Origin: Selaginella moellendorffii
Taxonomy: Eukaryota; Plantae; Lycopodiophyta
Assembly: GCF_000143415.4 (NCBI RefSeq)
Contig: NW_003314280.1
Coordinates: 310,001 to 374,000 of the forward strand
Length of the DNA stretch: 64,000 bases
Reading direction: 5' to 3'
Under the pieces are notes generated by a model. That model saw only the letters and a program-made list of their open reading frames with translations, had not been told where the DNA came from and did no database searches. Positions within the stretch are counted from its first letter, which is position 1, and the number at the start of each line of letters is the position of its first letter. Shown here piece by piece: positions 56,985 to 64,000 of this stretch. A program made the translations under genes and the position numbers.

Positions 56985-57627
56985 ATTTTCCAGCACTATC
57001 GATGTTTATTCTCTATCAATAATATAAACTAATTATACCTTATATAATTAATAAAAATATTTTATTATTTCACTTTTCATTTCATATACTTGTAAGGTTC
57101 TTTTCGCAATACTACCCATAGTATTTGTGAGTCTCCATTTTTGTCTTTACCTTCTCAAAAAATATTTCGTGATAGTCTTTCGGGTGTATGATGTTACAAT
57201 GTATTGTGAGAGCATATGTACCATCACAGTTTTTTTTTTTCCTTTCAAATGGTTATATGGCCTTATATAGAATCTTAATTCAAATTTAATAATTTAAAAA
57301 TTCTGATGAACCTGACATTTACTAGCTAGAAAGCACAGAGTACAAATTTAAAGAAGTGACAAGAATACTCTTTTTGCAAACATTTTATTTTATATTCTAA
57401 CAAACGTCTCTATTATTGCATGTAGTAAATATTTAAATTATTAGAACAAGAAGTGTCCTTTAGAACATTTTTATCTATATAATATATAGAGAGTTATGAA
57501 ATTATTAAGTTCGCCATAACTTTAAAATTTTAAAGTTTATAATGTTTATACTAAATTACAATTGAAAATTGAGCTCAACTCGTGAGCTCAACTCTTCAGC
57601 TCGTGAGCTTAAGTATGGTCCGCGCTC

Positions 57628-58283
57628 CCCAAGTCGACCTAGACTCCATTATTCAAGTCCTCATAGATGAAGGCGATGTTCTTGCTCACTGATGTCACCA
57701 TTCGTCAGAACTCCAATGTTGCAAGAAGGAATTTGAAAATCCTTTGCAAATTTTCTTTCACATTCGAGAACTGCAGAGATGCTGCTATCTTGTAGTTTGC
57801 TGCACACTTCATGATCTTCAGGTCGATGACTCTATCTCGGGGAGCCGTCACTCGCTTTCCCCTGTTTGGTAGTTGATGAGCTTTGGCAAAGTCTTCTTCT
57901 TCATTTGTGAGTTTCCCACGTGCAAAATCGATAATTTTCCTCTTGATATCCTATGGATCGGAGCTTGCCATAGCCGTCATGAGAACCAAGAATGCATAGA
58001 GCTGATACTTCTGCAGCCATGCATCAAGAGTCTCGTCTCGAGACCACTCTAGGTTTCCCACTTGGAAAACCAAGCATACCTTGTTCTCATCGTCCGAGAG
58101 GTCAATCACTTCCTCCTCTTCCCATGGACGGCATGGAGCCCTTGTTGTGATTCTAGTCCTCATTGAAGCTGCACTTTCACCATACCAAGAATCACTGCAG
58201 CCTTGACCACTATTTGCCCTTGGTGGGCTCCCTCTTTCCTCACACACTGTCACCTGTAACTCTTTTCTTCGCTCAGATGCCAA
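57628..58283 (-). pseudogene. 5' part of the Gypsy extra ORF (downstream of integrase, same strand)
   Basis: ATG at 58283; one reading frame with three isolated stops runs up to ...IAFIYEDLNNGV*VDLG at the target-site duplication. Confidence 0.65.
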
Positions 58284-61200
58284 GATTAGGGTTAGGTCAC
58301 ATTCTTGTTAAGGTGAATTTTCTCTAAGTGTTTGCATGTGTTCGAATGTGTTTTCTTCGATTTCTCTAAGCATTTTCTCTTGAAATTTCTGGTATTCCAC
58401 CATAGTGTGAAGCACTTGTGGTTGCTTGTAAATCTTCAATTTGTTCAAGTTAACTACTTGCAATTTTTCATCATCTAAAGTTGCAAGTTTTGCTATTCCT
58501 GGGATTTATATATTCGTAATCTTAAATGAACGAGTTTTCTTCCAAGTTTATCCACATTGCCATGATACCATAATGCAAGATCTCCTACTTTGTAATGCAC
58601 TTTGTTTTTCTTGACTTGTATGTGATCATGATAAGCTTTTCTTGTAGCCTGTATTGCTTCGATTGTCCATATTACATTCAATCTTTCTTCAACAAGTTTC
58701 TCAAGCATTGGAAGTCTTTTCTTGATCAATTCTTTTTGATTAATTTCAAGTTCAATGGCCATTCTCAAGGATGGTACTATGTACTTGAGTGGTGTTAACA
58801 CTTCAAGGCCATAAGCAAGCTTGAAAGGTGTAGAATTTGTTGAAACTTTGTAGGCGGTTCTGTAAGCCCAAAGAGCATCGTAAATTTTTTCATCCCAATC
58901 CTTAAGGTTTGTCTTGACTATTTTCTTGAGTATGTTTTTAAGCATTTTTTTGTTGATTCTACTTGTCCATTACCCTGTGGGTAATATGGTGTTGACTTCT
59001 TATGGTTGATGATAAATTTTTTAAGGAGAATGTCGATGGTCTCATTCAGAAAATGTGTTCCTTGATCTATAACAATTTCTCACAGCAATGTATATTGCTG
59101 TGGCTTTCTTTAGTAGGAGAGCTTCTGCCCATTTTGTCATATAGTTAGTAGCAACCAAAATGTATTGATTTCCTTTGCTACTTTTAGTCCCCAATGCTGG
59201 AAGGGTTCCAATGCTATTGTCAGATTGAGTTCCTAAGTTTGTTTCCTCGGTGGAAACTTCGTTCTTTAACATATATCACATTCTTGACAATGCTGAGTGG
59301 CATCTTTCTAGAGTGTCGGCCACCATAATCCAGCTTATAACACTTTCTTGGCCATAATTTCTTTGGCAAAATGACCTCCTGATCGTCCTATATGAGCTTC
59401 ATCGAGTAGATCCTTAATCTTTTCTTGTGATTTGATGCATCTTCTTAAGATGTTGTCATGTCCAAGCTTATATAGTTTGCCTCCCATGATTGAATATCGT
59501 CGTGTCCTCAAGATAAATTGTTTCCTTTGATCGTTTGTGAAGTAGTGATTTGGGATCTTGGTTGTCATCAAGAAGTTGTAAATATCCTAGAGCATTCCTT
59601 GAGTTGTGACCTTAAAAAGATGTGAATTAGGTAAGTCATCATTGGATTTTGTGACTTGTTCCCCTGTGATAAGTCGACTAAGATGATCAGCTTGTGTATG
59701 TTGTTTGCCTGGCTTGTGGATAATCTCAAAGTTGAATTCTTGAAGTAGAAGAAACCATCTTGCAATTCTTCCAATGAGTATTGTCTTGTTGAGTAAGTGT
59801 AAGAGTGCTTGGTGATCAACCATGATCTTGACTTTGTTTGAAAGGAGGTAATGTCAAAATTTGGTGAGTGCATAGACCATTCTTAATGCCTCTTTTTCCG
59901 TGGTTGTATAGTTCATCTCCGGTGGGGAGAGTCTCTGGCTTGCATAGTATATTGGATGGTCTCTATTATCAGTTTTCCTTTGGCAAAGTATAGCTCCAAG
60001 TGCATAATCAGATGCATCTACTTGGACAATGAATTCCTGAGTCCAATTTGGTTGAACCAATATAGGGGCTTTTGTAAGCTTATCCTTAAGTGTGTCAAAG
60101 GCCAATTGGCAATCTTGTGTCCATGCGTAAACTTGAGATTTCTTAAGTAGCTCCGTGAGCGGTTTAGCAATCTTTGCATAGTCTTGAATAAATCATTTAT
60201 CGTAACTCATTGTTCCGAGAAATCTTTTCAAGCTTGTTAAATCCATAGGTGGAGTCATTTTGACGATGACCTCGGTTTTTGCTTTGTCAATGAGAATTCC
60301 ATCGTTACAAATGACGTGGCCAAGTAGTATTCCTAATTTGACAAAGAAAAATACACTTTTCTTTGTCAACATTTAATGAAACACTTTTCTAAGTGTTCAA
60401 GGTGTTTATCTTTTGCTCCAAAGACATTGAAGTCATCCATGAAGATTTATATAAAATCAGTGAAGTATTCTTGAAATGTATCGATAATTATCCTTTGAAA
60501 AGTAAATGGTGCATTTGTTAATTCAAATGGCATTCTTGAGTATGCATATGCGCCCCATGGACTTATGAAGGCAATCCTGTATTGATCTTCTGGCACTATG
60601 TGAACTTGATTATAACCCAAAAATCTGTCGAGGAATGAGTACATCTCATGTCCTACAACTACGTCGAGTATCTCGTCTGAAAATGGTATGGGAAAAGAGT
60701 CTTTTTCCATCACATCTTTCAACTTTTTGTAATTGACACAAATTCATAATTTGCCGTTCTTCTTTGGGACAATAACCAATGGTGACAACCATTGTGCATT
60801 CTTGATGGGGTAAATGAATCTAGCATTTTGTAGTTTGTTGAGTTTTATTTTGACTTTATCAATGAAGTTTGGGTTTATGTGATAAACTATTTGCTTAATT
60901 GGTCAAGTTCCTAGTAGTAAATCTATACGATGTGTACATATTTCCTGTGGTATTCCCTTGAGATCTTTGTATAACCATGTGAAAACATCCTTGTAGGTTA
61001 TGAGTAATTGTTGAGTTTTTATCTTGAAGTCTTTGTCAAAGATTTGCAGCAATGAGTATGTTGTGTGAATCTTCTTGAGGTCCAAGATTGAGTTCTTCAA
61101 TTTCTTCAATTTCTTCATTGAGGTTAATTTGGGGTGTAAATTCATCTTTTCCAAATTGTAGGGTTGAATTATCATCGATCTAAATGTTGTATTTTTTAGA

Positions 61201-64000
61201 TTGTAGTTGTTCAAGCTTGAGAGTTGACTTCTTATTTTGTTGTTTTATCTTTAATCTTTGTTGACGTTGAGCTTGTAGCTTTGTAGAGTAGAGTGCTTGA
61301 GTTTAAGTTGTTGTGCTGGTCTTGATCCACCATAGGTAGTACATGGTGTAAATTGATTTCTTGAAAAACTTGTAGCTCTGGGTAAGTTTTGAGGAGTTTG
61401 GCTTCTTCAAGGTCATCCAAGCCTTCTTGCCAATTGTATTCTTGGGCTTGAATTAGTTGAAATCGTTTTGGAATTTTCCTAGTTGTATTCGTAGCAATCT
61501 TTGTTTGTCCTTTATCTAATTATATACAAATTTCATGGTCCATCCAATATTAAGCATAAACTGCTTTGTTTAGCCATGGTCTTCCAAGCAAGATTTTGTA
61601 AAATGATTCTTCAATTAACATTTTTAATACCACAAAGTTGATTTTAAACTTGTGTCCTTTGATTCCAATGGTGATCTCTCTTATTATGCCAACTGGTCTT
61701 ACGACATGTTGGTCTGCCATGCAGACATTGAAGGGAGTAGCTTGTATAAGTCCAAGTCCTATTGCTTTACACATACCATGCTCGATTATATTCACGCCCG
61801 AGCCTCCATTGAGTATTGCTCTAGTGATTTGATTTTTGCCTATGTTGAGGTCAATGCAAAGTACATTATCGTTGTAATCTCCAAGTTGGATCTTTATTGT
61901 ATCCTCTTTCTTAGATGTATATGGAAGTTGCTTTTCTTGAGTGCAAGTTTCAGGAATTCATGGACAACAAATCTTAAGTATTTGGCTCTTAAGATATGGT
62001 GCTATTTGAAGTATTTGTTGTAAGGGTAATGTGATTCCATGTTGTAGTATTTATTCTGCAAGTGAGGTGTGCTCTTCTTGAGTGAAACTTGTTATTTCCT
62101 GATTGTTTGATTGTTTGTTATGATCTTTGATTACTTGTGGTTCTTATTCCTACAATTCAGCCTGAATTGCTTGAAGTATTTTCTTTCTTTTCTTTCATTT
62201 GGTTTTTGGAATAATTTCAACTTCATCATCGTGATCTTGTTCTTCCAGATTATTCGGTTGCTAATACTTGTATTGTTGTCTCGTGATAGTTCATATTGCT
62301 GATTCTTCAAAAGTTTGTGATCCATCAATTTGCACCTCAACATTTTATGTTGCTGGTGGTCTTGGCCTTAGAGCCTGATTGTTTACTCCTTGGTTATTTT
62401 CATAATTTACATTTTGGTAAGGTTGTTGAGGTTGATTATCTTGCTATGGTGCATGTTGCTGGTTGTAATTGTAACCTTGAGCTTGAGGTGGTCTTTGATT
62501 ATAATTCCGATATGGTTCTTGATCATAATTGTAATTTCGTGGGGGAGGATGTTAGTAGTTGTCACGAGGTCCATCACGTTGCTGATATGCATTGTAGTTT
62601 CTTCCATAGTTTCCAGTATAGTTGTTTGGTCTTTGATCTTGAGGGGGTATTCTATTGTAGTTGCTATTATCTCGATGGTAAAAGTGACCTCTTTGATTAA
62701 ACAAAGTATCTTCATATTGATCATAATTGTTATATCTTGAAGGTTGATGTTGTGGTGGTCGTGCATTTTGATTCCAATTTCCTTGATATCGAGGATTGAG
62801 CTCTCAACGAGGAGCATTCTCGATTCTTAAAACTTTTATTGTATTCCTGTATCGGCAATTTTTGGCTATATGGCCTTCTCTTTCACAAATTTGACACTTT
62901 GGGAGTTGAAATTTGCATTCCAAATATGTATATCCTTTGTTTTTACACTTTGTACACCACATTGCTTCTTAGAATTCTGTTTGTGAGATTTCCCTAAGTA
63001 TATCCTTCAAGTTTTGGTCTTTTGGTGTTTTCTTCTTTGTCTTAATGTGTATTTCTTCCTCTTCTTCATCATCTGAACTGTCATTGGTTTGTGAAGGTAT
63101 AACTTTTGTGAATTGCTTGAATTGCTTTTCCAATGTGAGGATTTCTTTGGAGAGTGTATCAACACTTTCATCATCTAGATTCTCTACTGTAATAGTAATT
63201 GCTATCATGTTTCTATAGATTTCCTTGAGTCCTTGGATATAGGACAACTTCTTCCCTTTATTTGTTATCAAATCCTTGCAGCGCTTGGTATGAAACTTAA
63301 ATCTTCGAGTGTAATCTTGAATTCCTTCACGTGGTTTTTGCTTGAAGTTTTTGATGATCTCATAGTGTTCTTTTGGAGTTCCACCGGTCTGGAATTGCTC
63401 TTTGAATTGTGTGATCTTTTTGTCATGGGTCAAAGCATCATTGAGTGTATTATGCCAATCAAATGTTTTTCCTTTAAGTGTGTATAGAAAAAGTATTACT
63501 TGATGCATTTCCTATTTGTTCATCCTTATAATTTGATCAAATTGTTTAAGATGTTTGTTTGCATCTTTGGTTTTTCCACCAGTAAAAATGGGATAGGAAA
63601 TCATGTTCCCTATAGCTGTCACTAGGTTGATGATTGCCATTTAAAGTTGTAGACTTTGTTGGTTGAATTGTTATTCTGGTGAGTTTGGATTTGAATAAAA
63701 CTCTAGTGCTGTGTATTCTGCTTCTTCAAATGCTTCAAACTCTAGGGTGTCTTTGATATTTAGTTCTTTGTTATCTTTGGCTGGGTTGCTCGACTTGGCA
63801 ACTTGAATTTGTTTATCCTTTATGTCGTATTTCTCTAATATCGTTTTTAAAATTTGTTGTTGTTGTTATTCTAATTTCTCTTTTTCTATCTCTTCCTTTT
63901 TCACTTCTCGATTCTTTTGTTGAAGATGTCTTTCCTAGATCTTGATTAGGTCTGGTTTGTGTTTGTGCATTCTGTTTGCTGAGTCTTCTCGACTTGAATG

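Larger units (their letters stand above)
46542..57627. mobile_element. Mutator-like DNA transposon (MULE), ~11.1 kb, with cargo genes
   Basis: Flanked by the 9-bp direct repeat CCCAAGTCG (46533-46541 and 57628-57636). Imperfect inverted ends share GAGTTGAGCTCA[T/C]GAGTTGAGCTCAATT (46558-46585 vs reverse complement of 57567-57594). Encodes a Mutator-type transposase. Confidence 0.87.
45300..64000 (-). mobile_element. Degenerate Ty3/Gypsy LTR retrotransposon (no chromodomain seen, extra 3' ORF), interrupted by a Mutator-like element
   Basis: Domain order gag (~63640-62970), protease (~61860-61550), RT (IFMDDFN ~60430), RNase H (VDASDYALGAILCQ), integrase (HIGRSGGHF; WDEKIYDALWAYRTAYK). Many stops and frameshifts. 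The 5' end lies outside the window and the left boundary is approximate. Confidence 0.88.

Overview
Plant nuclear DNA. The very short (~50-65 nt) introns, tight gene spacing and gene content suggest a compact lycophyte genome such as Selaginella (inference). Bases 1-40.3 kb are gene-dense: F-box, ZEP, SMI1/KNR4-like, PNRC-motif, ADA2, START/polyketide-cyclase, PHD-like, GRIP golgin, AKR plus an AKR pseudogene, two EUL lectins, MER3, DHX35-like helicase, DUF1685, ISY1, organellar GluRS and two tRNAs. Bases 40.3-64 kb are AT-rich and transposon-derived, with an intronless bulb-lectin fusion gene and a decayed Ty3/Gypsy element that carries an extra 3' ORF. That ORF is split by an ~11.1 kb Mutator-like DNA transposon (46542-57627; 9-bp target-site duplication, imperfect inverted ends). 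The most notable result is this transposon's cargo. Divergent from the DDE/SWIM transposase is a spliced gene encoding a ParB/Srx-like domain plus a beta-class N6-adenine/N4-cytosine DNA methyltransferase-like domain, and a set of small accessory ORFs lies near the left end. This copy is inactivated by nonsense changes and an internal deletion. All family calls come from motif recognition by eye; no database search was run.
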